Shown here: positions 1 to 10,924 of the stretch, piece after piece
How the letters are laid out: each line of letters opens with the position of its first letter
Position numbering within the stretch: position 1 is the first letter of the stretch
NCBI RefSeq assembly: GCF_001194135.2
Contig: NC_068996.1
Span: 56,610,750-56,646,805, forward strand
Reading direction: 5' to 3'
Source of the DNA: Octopus bimaculoides
Taxonomy: Eukaryota
DNA length: 36,056 nt
The notes under the pieces: generated by a model
Seen by the model: the letters and a program-made list of their open reading frames with translations, nothing else
Database searches by the model: none
Told to the model about the DNA's origin: nothing
Program-made: the position numbers and the translations under genes

Positions 1-110
<110 letters not shown>

Positions 111-416
111 TACAATTGTGTATATATGTATATATGATGTAATCTTCCAATCCTGGAACACGTGTAGTTCCTTCATATTTAATAAATATAAGTATTAACT
201 AAAGTAGGATATAATTAATGAAGTATATTATATACCCAGCTGGTAATTTTGGTTACATCTTTTAAGTATTATTTCGTGATGTACAAACTGGTACCATGAG
301 TTTACTGTCAGACATACTCATTAGGTTATTTTTTTGTATTATCTAAAATAGAATACCCGCATATCGATTAATCCCCCAAAATTCAATATATATATTATAG
401 TGGGGTAGGCCGGTTT

Positions 417-462
417 ATGGGGTTACACTAGGTTTCTTGCTTACGGCGTATCTTCAGACACC
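417..462 (-). ncRNA. Degenerate type I hammerhead-ribozyme-like motif (probable PLE pseudo-LTR remnant)
   Basis: Minus strand reads GGTGT-CTGAAGA-tacgccgtaagcaa-GAAA-cctagt-GTA-ACCCC. Both core boxes and a GUA site are present and stem I pairs 4/5, but stems II and III are imperfect. Confidence 0.35.
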
Positions 463-581
463 AAACACTGCTGGCTTGAGACCTCTTTAAAATATGGAGG
501 GGGAAAAGCCTCGTTTTTAAGGGTAAAACCTTAGGTGATAATCTCCTTTTGCCATTTGTCCATCGATCTTCGGCTGCACTT

Positions 582-583
<2 letters not shown>

Positions 584-626
<43 letters not shown>
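584..626. repeat. (TA)n microsatellite
   Basis: Perfect AT dinucleotide run. Confidence 0.97.
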
Positions 627-629
<3 letters not shown>

Positions 630-631
<2 letters not shown>

Positions 632-1565
632 GCATAAATGCACCACGAAACACCTACAGGGATACACCACTCAGTTTTAGGAACCACAATCTACATAACC
701 CAACTAAAACACACCAACGAAGCCTATACTCTAAGAACCCACCATACAACCATAACGAACAACAAACCCACTACGGAAGAAACAATGACCAACATAATAT
801 ACCTGAAACTCTTAGACGGAACACGAGGTTCAAAAGCACACTACAAAATAATACACCACTAACCCACTATAAAAATTGCAGCAACAGGAGACAAATAAAC
901 AACACTATTAAACCCAACCCCACCAACCATTTTTTAGACCCATTACACAGAAACGGGGATACACGATGGCACCGAACGTACCAGAGAAACGACGTTAAAT
1001 TAAAATAATCAATTTCTCTAATAAAGAATTCACACTTAATCAGATAAGCAAACTATCCAAAGGGCTAAAATTTACAGCCAAATTACCACGAAATGAAAGA
1101 CAATATTTCAGGATTTTGTAGAAAATTAAGACGCGAAGGAATTTTATGACAAACACATCGGCGATGATTCAATAGCTAGAAATAGCAGTAACTACACCCC
1201 CAACCAAAGGAAAGAATAAAGCCATCGACCAATTCTGTGAGCACATCACAAATTACCCTTATCAGCTCACAAATAAACAAAAACACAGACCAAACTTCAA
1301 CAAAAGAGAATGGAACGACCTTAAGATAAAACCATAACAATGAAAGACGCAGATAAAGGTAACACAGTAGTCCTAATGAACATGAAAGACTATAAAAATC
1401 TAGTACTATCTCTATTAGGGGATGAGACATATTACGAAAGGGCCCAACACTATAGCCAAAATAAAATAATGAATAATCTCAGGACATTAATTAATTCATA
1501 CCGAGAAGGACTCATAGACAAGGAATACGATTATATTACCAATTTCAAGAGTAAATCAAATTTGG
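630..1565 (+). mobile_element. Penelope-like element, N-terminal part of ORF up to the start of RT (frameshifted, pseudogenised)
   Basis: Translated motifs LSKGLKF (1053-1073), DFCRKLRR, KNKAIDQFCEHI and DADKGNTVVLMNMKDY...LLGDETYY (ORF 1340-1570) match the conserved PLE pre-RT region (LSKGLKF..P; IKxADKG.xVVxM). Stops and frameshifts are present. Confidence 0.8.
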
Positions 1566-1775
1566 AGTAAAGCTTGTTTGCCAACATAACATGGCAGTCC
1601 TGGTTTAGGACTAATGCTGCTGTGATTTAGCCCCAAGAGACATCGACTCCAGTTGGCTATAAGGACACAGATTGTGTTATATAGCCAGCTGGAGATGATG
1701 TCTCCTGGGGCTAAATTACAGCAACATTCGTCCTAAACAATGACTGCCATGTTATGTTGGCAAACAATCTTTACT
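1566..1775. mobile_element. Palindromic MITE (about 210 bp fold-back) at the point where the PLE ORF breaks off
   Basis: Left arm agtaaagcttgtttgccaacataacatggcagtc...tccagttggctata is the reverse complement of right arm tatagccagctggag...gactgccatgttatgttggcaaacaatctttact over about 90 bp with few mismatches. The central spacer is short and there is no ORF. Confidence 0.85.
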
Positions 1776-1947
<172 letters not shown>

Positions 1948-2088
1948 TATTGTTTTATTTCGGGCTGGTCATTTTATTTATTTATTATTATTATTTCTTT
2001 TTTCCAAATAAACACACGTACTAAATATTTTTTTTTCTCTTCTTCACTCGTTTATTTCTGTTATTTTATTATTTTAACGCCTGCCCAT

Positions 2089-2134
2089 TGTCCGGAAATC
2101 TTTCGTCACACATCTGTGATCTCTTCAGCGATAC
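2089..2134 (-). ncRNA. Minimal type I hammerhead ribozyme-like motif (left arm of fold-back)
   Basis: Minus strand: gtatcg-CTGAAGA-G(A)TCACA-gatg-TGTGAC-GAAA-GATTT-C-cggaca. Core boxes are intact; stem II has 5 bp plus a closing G-C; stem III AGAUUU is self-complementary with G.U pairs; the putative site is UUC. Confidence 0.6.
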
Positions 2135-2199
2135 TTTTCGTTTCCATGTATGTTTTCTCCATTCTGGAGTAAGTGAAGAACACACACGGAAACGAAAAG

Positions 2200-2244
2200 T
2201 GTCGCAGAAGAGATCACAGATGTGTGACGAAAGATTTCCTGACA
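2200..2244 (+). ncRNA. Minimal type I hammerhead ribozyme-like motif (right arm of fold-back; core U4>A)
   Basis: tgtcg-CAGAAGA-G(A)TCACA-gatg-TGTGAC-GAAA-GATTT-C-ctgaca. Stem I tgtcg/c(t)gaca pairs 5 bp with one bulge. Confidence 0.55.
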
Positions 2245-2371
2245 ATGGACAGGCGTTATAATAATAAAATAACAGTAAGAAAGGAGTGAAAAAAAATTAT
2301 ATATATAGTGCGTGTATTTATTTTGCAAAAAAAATAATAAATTAAATGACCATCCCAAAATACAACAATAT

Positions 2372-3600
2372 CTGTTTCAACACACGATTTCACATCAGGA
2401 ATCTTGCAAAATGAATACGGAAAGATGGCTTATCTGGAAAAGTTCCTTACAGCCCGCTACATGTTTAAATTCAAGAACTGAACTCTTTGGCTCATGTCCA
2501 CATGTCCCAAAATACCTGTACGGTATTTGTACGTATAAGCACAAATCCTTCTGCACTTTCTAATTCTTTCATAAATCTAAATGTAAGCTCCCCCACGAAA
2601 GGCAGCCACATACAGACCCCTATGAGCATTTATACATACCCCTTCTATATCTCTTATTTCTACCTTATATCTTACATCTCTTCTATCTACCTTACCTCAT
2701 CACATTATGATATAAATATTAATTCTTAATTTATCCTTAATCTATTTTTAAACCTTAACCTAATAAATCCCGTAATATAAACCCCCTAAATCTAACTCCC
2801 ACTCATAAATAATTTAACATTCAACTCGCTCATCCATTCTTGACTACCTACATACCTATAACCCCATTGCTAAAAATAACTCTACTGCAGTCACTGACCT
2901 TAACCAGGACAGACACAAGCAGTTAGTTTCTACTAAATTTCCTCCCGAACAATTTCAGACTTTAAAACTACCACAGACATCTACTATTCCTTTTAAATTC
3001 CTTTCATTTTGCTCTATTTTTTTACACTCTCTTCCTCTACCTCCTCATTTTCTCTCTTATCTTCTCGACTACCCCGTACACAATTCTTAGACACCATACA
3101 CCTATGCACCTTACTTTATCCTTAACGCCAATCCTTAATTTCCACCACCACCACCCCACTCCATCTACTCTCTTTCTATTTTCTTTTCTTTCCTTTTACC
3201 AATTAATAGCCACCTCCGCTACCATTCTGTCATTGAACGTTGATATGTTCGCGTCTTGTTTCTCTTGATGTCTGCTATATCAGGATTTTAATCCACATGG
3301 ATCTAAGCAGGATTGCACGTAAGGACTCATGTTTTGATGTCTATAACTTCGGAAAGTTAAACTATGAACTTTTATGCTTCGTTTTTCTTCTTTCTTTCCA
3401 TCTCCTTATTCTTTACTCCCTTTCTCTATGTCATCATCTCATTAATATATACCATTCTCATTTTCCCTATTTTCCCTGTTTGTCTTTGATGACGAATATC
3501 CCATATTTGGGGATATCCCAGAAACAGCTATGAGGCTTTGAATTTTTTCCAATAATAATCATATTGTATACGACTTGAGATGTTTGCCTTGCCTTAATGT
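2372..3600 (+). mobile_element. Probable 3' end of a second PLE plus C/T-rich pseudo-LTR region
   Basis: MNTERWLIWKSSLQPATCLN resembles the terminal E..LI......P..LN segment of PLE GIY-YIG domains. It is followed by a long pyrimidine/A-rich G-poor tract that ends in an HHR-like motif at 3482-3536. Confidence 0.45.
3482..3536 (+). ncRNA. Decayed hammerhead motif, same family as 4440-4489
   Basis: gtct-TTGATGA-cgaATATCCCatatttgGGGATATccca-GAAA-CAGCTA-TG-aggc. Stem I gtct/aggc is intact, but C3>U and the GUA site is changed to AUG. Confidence 0.45.
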
Positions 3601-3620
3601 TTGTTGTCCTCTTTAACACT

Positions 3621-3684
3621 TATCCGCTTTGTCGGAAATCTACAATGGCTATGGGGCCATTGTAGATTTCCGACAAAGCGGATA
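3621..3684. repeat. Perfect 29-bp inverted repeat with a 6-nt loop
   Basis: tatccgctttgtcggaaatctacaatggc (3621-3649), loop tatggg, then the exact reverse complement gccattgtagatttccgacaaagcggata (3656-3684). Confidence 0.97.
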
Positions 3685-3782
3685 CCGTCTTGGCTATAAC
3701 CTTGGAGCCCGAGTAATCCGTTACAGCAATTACCTAGCATACCTAATCGCTTAGATCACCTGTGAACTAAACTCCCATACTT

Positions 3783-3893
3783 TGTGTGTGCGCGCGCGCA
3801 CTCACACACACACACACATACACACACATACACACACGCGCGCACATACACACACACACACACACACGCACACACACACACACATATATATAT

Positions 3894-3983
<90 letters not shown>
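3783..3983. repeat. Compound microsatellite (TG/CG)-(CA)n-(TA)-(GATA)n
   Basis: Direct inspection. Confidence 0.95.
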
Positions 3984-3989
3984 CCAAAT

Positions 3990-4640
3990 TGAGGTTAATT
4001 AAATTATGTTTGTGACATATTTCAACTGCTAAAAGGCAATACACTGTTGTTACCAAAGAGAAAATATCTCTCTTATGGTAAAAGATGTGAAAATACCGTG
4101 TTTGTTCAGTGTCGCTAGAAATCAGGAATCTCATAAGACCCCTTTGAAGGAACAGCACATGGAATCTACGTCTCTACACTTTCCATTTCTAATAACAAAA
4201 TATGAACTCCTATTGGAATTTACATATCACGGACAAGAAGCATTTCTAGCCATTCTACACACCACTTTCCTTGGATAATGGAACTACAACTATAACATCT
4301 TTATATATTTTAATTTTAATTTTTATTTTTATTTCCACATTCATTCTCCTATTTCCCTATATACTCCTTATTTCCATCCTTTTCCAAAATAACTCCTATA
4401 TTGAACTCTAATATTTCCCCTTCTGTAACCATCTCACATCGTCTCTGATGAAGGGATGTCCCTAATATCTCAGAAACAGCTGTAAAACTAACTTTCTTTT
4501 TATAAATGTCCTTTATAGCATATACATGCTCATACAAGACCCGCATTAGACTCCTCACTCGTATCATTATCGAACAGAGAGTTTAACTACGGTCCTTCCA
4601 TAGTACTTACATAATGTTACCTGCCGCCTTGGGTCTTCTA
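3990..4640 (+). mobile_element. PLE pseudo-LTR-like fragment containing an HHR motif
   Basis: C/T-rich tract like 3300-3540 (shared aa(c/a)tatgaact block and the same HHR family). No ORF. Confidence 0.5.
4440..4489 (+). ncRNA. Minimal type I hammerhead ribozyme motif with palindromic stem III
   Basis: cgtct-CTGATGA(4445-4451)-a-GGGATGT-cccta-ATATCTC-a-GAAA(4473-4476)-CAGCTG-TA-aaact. Stem II has 7 bp with G.U pairs; stem III is the perfect palindrome ACAGCTGT; the site is GUA (4482-4484). Stem I has mismatches. Confidence 0.65.
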
Positions 4641-4696
4641 GATATCAATCTCTCTCATACCTATATTTGTATGTATATATATATGTATATATATAT

Positions 4697-5516
4697 TCAA
4701 ACACATAAATATTAATATACCTTATAATCTAGCGAAAAGAATCTGTACCATAGTTTTGGACACCAATACTCGTGAACGAAGACTCTTTGAACTCAAATCA
4801 ATTCTAATCAAAGGACATTACCCAACATCATTAATAAATGATGTAATTAAACGAGCTAAGGAAATAGATATACGAACATTAAGGGAAGTCAACTGAAATA
4901 CTAAACCAGACTTTAAAATACTCCCTTACATCTCCAAACATAACCCTAGAAGCAACGAAGACTTTAACGTTATCATCCAAAATCTACCCATCCTCACAGG
5001 AGATAAAACAATGAACAAAATTTTAGACTCACACAAAATTATCAAAAGTAAAATGCAACCTAAATCATTTAAAAAATATTAACCAGCGCAAGATTGTATT
5101 CATTAATAACAGAACCAAAAGTGAAAAACTGTGGTCGACCTAACTGTGGTACTTGCCCTCACCTTTTGGAAGGTTCAGAGTTCCACTTTAAACAAGGTGA
5201 AATATTTAAGATTAAATCAAATTTCACCTGTGCCTCGGAAAATCTAATCTATGCCATAACATGCTTAGGGTGTGGTAATAATTATATTGGCCAAACAGGA
5301 ATATCACTCCGTAGAAGAACCACTCTCCACAAAGAACAAATCAGCTTCCAACAATACAGACAGATACAGGTCAGTGAACACATAGATAGGTGTACTAGGA
5401 ACCTTAATCCTAATTTTCTAATTTTCCCCTTCCATCAATGTTCACAGAACACCTCAGTACAGCAAAGAATGAATAAAGAAACAACTTTCATCAATAAATA
5501 TCATCAACAACTTTAA
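4697..5516 (+). mobile_element. Penelope-like element, RT thumb/linker and GIY-YIG endonuclease (C-terminal part; disrupted)
   Basis: NIPYNLAKRICTIV...LIKGHYPTSLI...ILPYISKHNP (thumb/linker), one in-frame stop and a frameshift, then CGRPNCGTC and LIYAITCLGCGNNYIGQTGISLRRRTTLH...RMNKETTFINKY. The Cys-rich linker is of the type described for Neptune-like PLEs. Confidence 0.9.
5094..5516 (+). CDS. GIY-YIG endonuclease domain of a Penelope-like element (open fragment, 140 aa)
   Basis: IY...C..C...YIGQT...L..R...H signature and upstream CxxxxCxxC motif. Confidence 0.85.
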   Translation: MYSLITEPKVKNCGRPNCGTCPHLLEGSEFHFKQGEIFKIKSNFTCASENLIYAITCLGCGNNYIGQTGISLRRRTTLHKEQISFQQYRQIQVSEHIDRCTRNLNPNFLIFPFHQCSQNTSVQQRMNKETTFINKYHQQL

Positions 5517-5745
5517 CACAACATAATACAGAACAATACTAACCTTTCATTTAATACCACTAACACCCATATATTCCTTATACCATTCATATTACAGTAT
5601 TGTATAGACCCTAATTGCACCACGTCCAGAACTACTTACCTCCCTTACACAATCTTTTTACTCAGGGACTAGTAGACCCGACACCGTTTGATAATCGGTG
5701 TGCATTCAAAGCCAGTGAACAGCAATGACGACACCGGTTTGACTT

Positions 5746-6563
5746 NNNNNNNNNNNNNNNNNNNNNNNNNNNNNNNNNNNNNNNNNNNNNNNNNNNNNNN
5801 NNNNNNNNNNNNNNNNNNNNNNNNNNNNNNNNNNNNNNNNNNNNNNNNNNNNNNNNNNNNNNNNNNNNNNNNNNNNNNNNNNNNNNNNNNNNNNNNNNNN
5901 NNNNNNNNNNNNNNNNNNNNNNNNNNNNNNNNNNNNNNNNNNNNNNNNNNNNNNNNNNNNNNNNNNNNNNNNNNNNNNNNNNNNNNNNNNNNNNNNNNNN
6001 NNNNNNNNNNNNNNNNNNNNNNNNNNNNNNNNNNNNNNNNNNNNNNNNNNNNNNNNNNNNNNNNNNNNNNNNNNNNNNNNNNNNNNNNNNNNNNNNNNNN
6101 NNNNNNNNNNNNNNNNNNNNNNNNNNNNNNNNNNNNNNNNNNNNNNNNNNNNNNNNNNNNNNNNNNNNNNNNNNNNNNNNNNNNNNNNNNNNNNNNNNNN
6201 NNNNNNNNNNNNNNNNNNNNNNNNNNNNNNNNNNNNNNNNNNNNNNNNNNNNNNNNNNNNNNNNNNNNNNNNNNNNNNNNNNNNNNNNNNNNNNNNNNNN
6301 NNNNNNNNNNNNNNNNNNNNNNNNNNNNNNNNNNNNNNNNNNNNNNNNNNNNNNNNNNNNNNNNNNNNNNNNNNNNNNNNNNNNNNNNNNNNNNNNNNNN
6401 NNNNNNNNNNNNNNNNNNNNNNNNNNNNNNNNNNNNNNNNNNNNNNNNNNNNNNNNNNNNNNNNNNNNNNNNNNNNNNNNNNNNNNNNNNNNNNNNNNNN
6501 NNNNNNNNNNNNNNNNNNNNNNNNNNNNNNNNNNNNNNNNNNNNNNNNNNNNNNNNNNNNNNN
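5746..6563. other. Assembly gap (N-run); other gaps at 7376-7770, 8854-9215, 14940-15032, 25615-25772, 29745-29842, 30246-30255
   Basis: N characters; each gap borders a microsatellite on at least one side or nearly so. Confidence 1.

Positions 6564-6631
<68 letters not shown>
6564..6631. repeat. (GT)n microsatellite
   Basis: Direct inspection. Confidence 0.97.
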
Positions 6632-6633
<2 letters not shown>

Positions 6634-6916
6634 TTGTGCCTGTGTCTATCCACGTTGCTTAGCGTTTTTAGAAAAGATGAAAAGATGCTCAAACATTGCA
6701 ATAGCAATAGACTTACTTCTTATTAAAATACTCACCATGTTTATATCTGTACTCTCTTGACATACGTAAAACAATGTCCAATAACCTTCAGTTACTGTAA
6801 TGTAACATTATCTTTACAATCAAACAGTTGTTTACAATAAAATATATTGTGTTAATGTATCGAAAGTGAAATATATAATTCTGGTTAGTATCCCCAGTTT
6901 TTTTTTGTCCTGAAAT

Positions 6917-6964
6917 TACGGGTACAGGAACATACGGGTACAGGAACATACGGGTACAGGAACA
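6917..6964. repeat. 3 x 16-bp exact tandem repeat TACGGGTACAGGAACA
   Basis: Three identical consecutive units. Confidence 0.95.
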
Positions 6965-7244
6965 CTAACGGACACGTTGTAACTATTTACAGAGGGTGCT
7001 TAGGAACTCAAAGGTGCATCCCCACAAACACCAAAAGCAAGTTGAAGGTGACTAGTCTTCAGATGTTTCCGTGAGCCCCTTCGCGCAGATTCCTTACCTG
7101 TAATCACCGCATACGGTTGAAAAAGTCTGACAATTTATGAACCAAAGCTCCGGATAAACGTTACCGACAATGTAACCTCATAAGCACAATATAGAAAATT
7201 TTAATTTCCTTGGGCTGAACAATATGATTCTCGAAATCGATCTC

Positions 7245-7248
7245 TCTC

Positions 7249-7284
<36 letters not shown>

Positions 7285-7330
7285 ACACACACACACACAC
7301 ATACATACATACATACATACACACACACAC

Positions 7331-7375
<45 letters not shown>

Positions 7376-7770
7376 NNNNNNNNNNNNNNNNNNNNNNNNN
7401 NNNNNNNNNNNNNNNNNNNNNNNNNNNNNNNNNNNNNNNNNNNNNNNNNNNNNNNNNNNNNNNNNNNNNNNNNNNNNNNNNNNNNNNNNNNNNNNNNNNN
7501 NNNNNNNNNNNNNNNNNNNNNNNNNNNNNNNNNNNNNNNNNNNNNNNNNNNNNNNNNNNNNNNNNNNNNNNNNNNNNNNNNNNNNNNNNNNNNNNNNNNN
7601 NNNNNNNNNNNNNNNNNNNNNNNNNNNNNNNNNNNNNNNNNNNNNNNNNNNNNNNNNNNNNNNNNNNNNNNNNNNNNNNNNNNNNNNNNNNNNNNNNNNN
7701 NNNNNNNNNNNNNNNNNNNNNNNNNNNNNNNNNNNNNNNNNNNNNNNNNNNNNNNNNNNNNNNNNNNNNN

Positions 7771-7816
<46 letters not shown>

Positions 7817-7885
7817 TGTATATATACGCGTATACATGTGTGTATATGTTATACATATATATATATGTGTGTGTGTATATGTATG
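7245..7885. repeat. Compound (CT)-(CA)-(CATA)-(TA)n microsatellite spanning a gap
   Basis: Direct inspection. Confidence 0.93.
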
Positions 7886-8032
7886 CATTACTGTTTGGTA
7901 GGAAGTTTCCTTCCTAACTACATGCTTTCAGGTTCATTTCCACTGTGTGGCAAAATGGACAAGTGTCTTTTACGTTAGAGCAGATCGACAGAAGCCTTGT
8001 GAGTGGATTTGGAAGACAGGAACTGAAAGAAA

Positions 8033-8233
8033 CGTTAGCACGCCGGGCGAAATGCTTAGTGGTGTTTCGTCTGCCGCTACGTTCTGAGTTCAAATTCCAC
8101 CGAGGTCGACTTTGCTTTCATCATTTCGGGGTCGATAAATTAAGTACCAGTTACGCACTGGGGTCGATGTAATCGACTTAATCCCTTGTTTGTCCCCTCT
8201 ATGTTTAGCCCCTTATGGGCAGTAAAGAAACAA
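8033..8233 (+). mobile_element. tRNA-derived SINE, family B (octopus OR-like), 5'-truncated, young, nested in SINE A
   Basis: cgttagcacgccgggcgaaatgcttag...ctgagttcaaattcc (B-box-like)...ggggtcgataaattaagtaccag...gtaaagaaacaa. Flanked by near-duplicated gaactgaaagaaa / gaaactgaaagcaa. Confidence 0.85.
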
Positions 8234-8408
8234 GAAACTGAAAGCAACGTGTCATGCGTATGTGTGTGTTGGGGAGGGATGCGTGCGCATGTCTTTATGC
8301 CTGTTTTTGCTTCCCCCTCCGCCACCGCTTGATAACCGGTGTTGGTGTGTTTACGTCCCCATAAACTGGCGGTTCGACCAAAGACACCGATAGAATAAGT
8401 ACCAGACT

Positions 8409-8622
8409 TTAACTCTTTACTATTCAAACCGGCCATATCAGGTCCAAATATTCTTCCTGTATTATGTTCAAACTTGACAGATCAGGTCTCTCACACCTAT
8501 CATAGAATGTCATTCTAAAAATAAACAACCCCATCTTTAAAATCTGCAAGCTACAAGATAAAGCAATGTGAATAGATAAGCATTACATTTGACAGGGTCA
8601 TCTGGATGCCCAAAAGGGTCGA
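8409..8622. mobile_element. piggyBac-like (TTAA) MITE, degenerate, nested in SINE A
   Basis: Begins TTAA-ctcttt and ends aaaaggg-tcga, consistent with a decayed TTAA-CCCTTT...AAAGGG-TTAA. The SINE sequence resumes directly afterwards. Confidence 0.55.
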
Positions 8623-8749
8623 AATGAGTAAATTCTGGTGTCGATTCGTCCGACTAAGATTCTTCAAGACAGTTTGTCCCGACTGAAGTCTAATGATGAC
8701 TGGAACAAGTGGAAGAGAAAAGATACATACAAACTTATATTATAAATAT

Positions 8750-8789
<40 letters not shown>

Positions 8790-8804
8790 AAGTGTCTATC
8801 TATA

Positions 8805-8853
<49 letters not shown>

Positions 8854-9215
8854 NNNNNNNNNNNNNNNNNNNNNNNNNNNNNNNNNNNNNNNNNNNNNNN
8901 NNNNNNNNNNNNNNNNNNNNNNNNNNNNNNNNNNNNNNNNNNNNNNNNNNNNNNNNNNNNNNNNNNNNNNNNNNNNNNNNNNNNNNNNNNNNNNNNNNNN
9001 NNNNNNNNNNNNNNNNNNNNNNNNNNNNNNNNNNNNNNNNNNNNNNNNNNNNNNNNNNNNNNNNNNNNNNNNNNNNNNNNNNNNNNNNNNNNNNNNNNNN
9101 NNNNNNNNNNNNNNNNNNNNNNNNNNNNNNNNNNNNNNNNNNNNNNNNNNNNNNNNNNNNNNNNNNNNNNNNNNNNNNNNNNNNNNNNNNNNNNNNNNNN
9201 NNNNNNNNNNNNNNN

Positions 9216-9283
<68 letters not shown>

Positions 9284-9320
9284 TGTGTGTGTATTATATA
9301 TATTATATATATATACACAC
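8750..9320. repeat. (TG)n-(TA)n-gap-(TG)n microsatellite block
   Basis: Direct inspection. Confidence 0.95.
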
Positions 9321-9959
9321 AAAAATATGCGTGCATGCGCATTTCACAAGACCTACAATGGGCAAGAGGTAACTAGTATAACGGCTTGATACCCTGAGAG
9401 CCAAAGTAGAGCCATTGAATATCAGACGGAGCGTCTCTCTAAAAGATATCACAGTAGGCTTCAGTTTAAAAAGCAACTCTAATCCCCAGTAGAGGCTACG
9501 AACAGTTTTTCTTTTACTACCTTACAAAATTTCTCTTTGGAGCTTCCGTATCTGGCTGTCTACATACAAAAACCGCCCTCCTCACTGAGCAGGCTTACTA
9601 TTGCCGGCTTAGTCATTGGTGGTCCGAGAATGTAACATGTTGGATTGGGTTACATGTTACAAGTGGCCCTAAGGGTAAACCTGACACAGACTTGACCTGA
9701 GTCATCATTACAGTAGGCAAGAAAAATATCAAAGAAATTAAGTCAAAAATTAGACTGGCAGAGATTGCTTTTGGTGAAATAAAGTCTAAAAGACAAAGTA
9801 TGAGAGGAAAAGCGAAGGTACAGAGATAAACTGATACGTTTACCTATTTTTTCTTCCCAAGTACGCGTCAATAAATAAACACAAGCGTGCACACATGCAT
9901 ATACATGCTATAAACATATATATATATATATATAATTATGTATTTGTGTAATATATATG

Positions 9960-9998
<39 letters not shown>

Positions 9999-10924
9999 CT
10001 ATGTATATGTATATACATCTATGTTCGTTTATAGATTCATACGTGTCTATAGACTTAGATTTTGTAAATTCTTTTTTTTTTTTTCATACAGCTAATACTA
10101 TGTTACATTTCCAGCTGTATATTATGATTCCAGTACCTACAAGCCGTATCACGCTCTTCAGTGATTTGTAACTTTCAGAAAATACATAAGAATATATGAA
10201 AGTTTATAAAACATAGATGTTACGAAGGTGTTCGTATATTAAGATCCGCTAATCTATTGAACAAACAAACACCCTCTTTTTATATATTTATACATTATTT
10301 TATATAATAATATTTATAAACGTTTTATTGATGATAAATAGATTTATTCCCTGACGAAATTCGAACTTAGAAATCGACAAATTTCAAATAGACTGATGTA
10401 AATATATCGTATCATTTTATCCAAAGTCCAACTGATATCACCGTTATTTAATTATATTATTAATAATTTAATCTGCATCCAGCAAACATTGTTTCCGATT
10501 CGTCCATCTTTGATCCCATTTGCTGCATCAGAGATGAGGACCCTTTACAAAGGAACAACGTTTGTTGGTTGTTTTTCTTCCTGGGTGTCTCTTTAGAAAA
10601 ATATTCTATAATTCACTGTTCCAAATTCATGACGTGAGATGATAGCAATCTGGTTTTGAATGTAGAAGCAATCACCATGTGAAGCTTATTGATCGTTCAA
10701 TGTAACAGAAAAGACTACGTTGAAACAGATATGTGATGTGAATTAATAATGAGAGCTGCTATAACAATGAAATACTTCATTTGTTTTTGTTTAGCCCCAA
10801 ATCACCCTGACTGAATAGAGCTATAATTAAACACATTCCAGTCATGACCATCCCATTATTTTTCAAACAAACCACATCGAAATTTTTGTTATTCGATGTC
10901 ACCTTCATTATTTTAAGAGAGTAG

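Larger units (their letters stand above)
7896..8722 (+). mobile_element. tRNA-derived SINE, family A (octopus OK-like), split by two nested insertions
   Basis: Head ggtaggaagtttccttcctaactacatg...gccttgtgagtggatttgg, middle ccaccgcttgataaccggtgttggtgtgtttacgtcccc, tail gtcgattcgtccgactaa. These are homologous to the copies at 14543, 19059 and 32970. The family name is from recall. Confidence 0.8.

Noticed and set aside
6917-6964. CRISPR-like direct repeats
   Set aside because: The units are contiguous with no spacers, there are no cas genes, and the context is eukaryotic.
9631-9661. 10-bp inverted repeat tgtaacatgt...acatgttaca
   Set aside because: It is short and AT-rich, and a similar word occurs near 31566, suggesting a fragment of a common repeat rather than a functional hairpin or terminator.
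10351-10380. CTGACGA-aattcgaactta-GAAA-tcga motif
   Set aside because: There is no stem II pairing, no U16.1 and no stem I.
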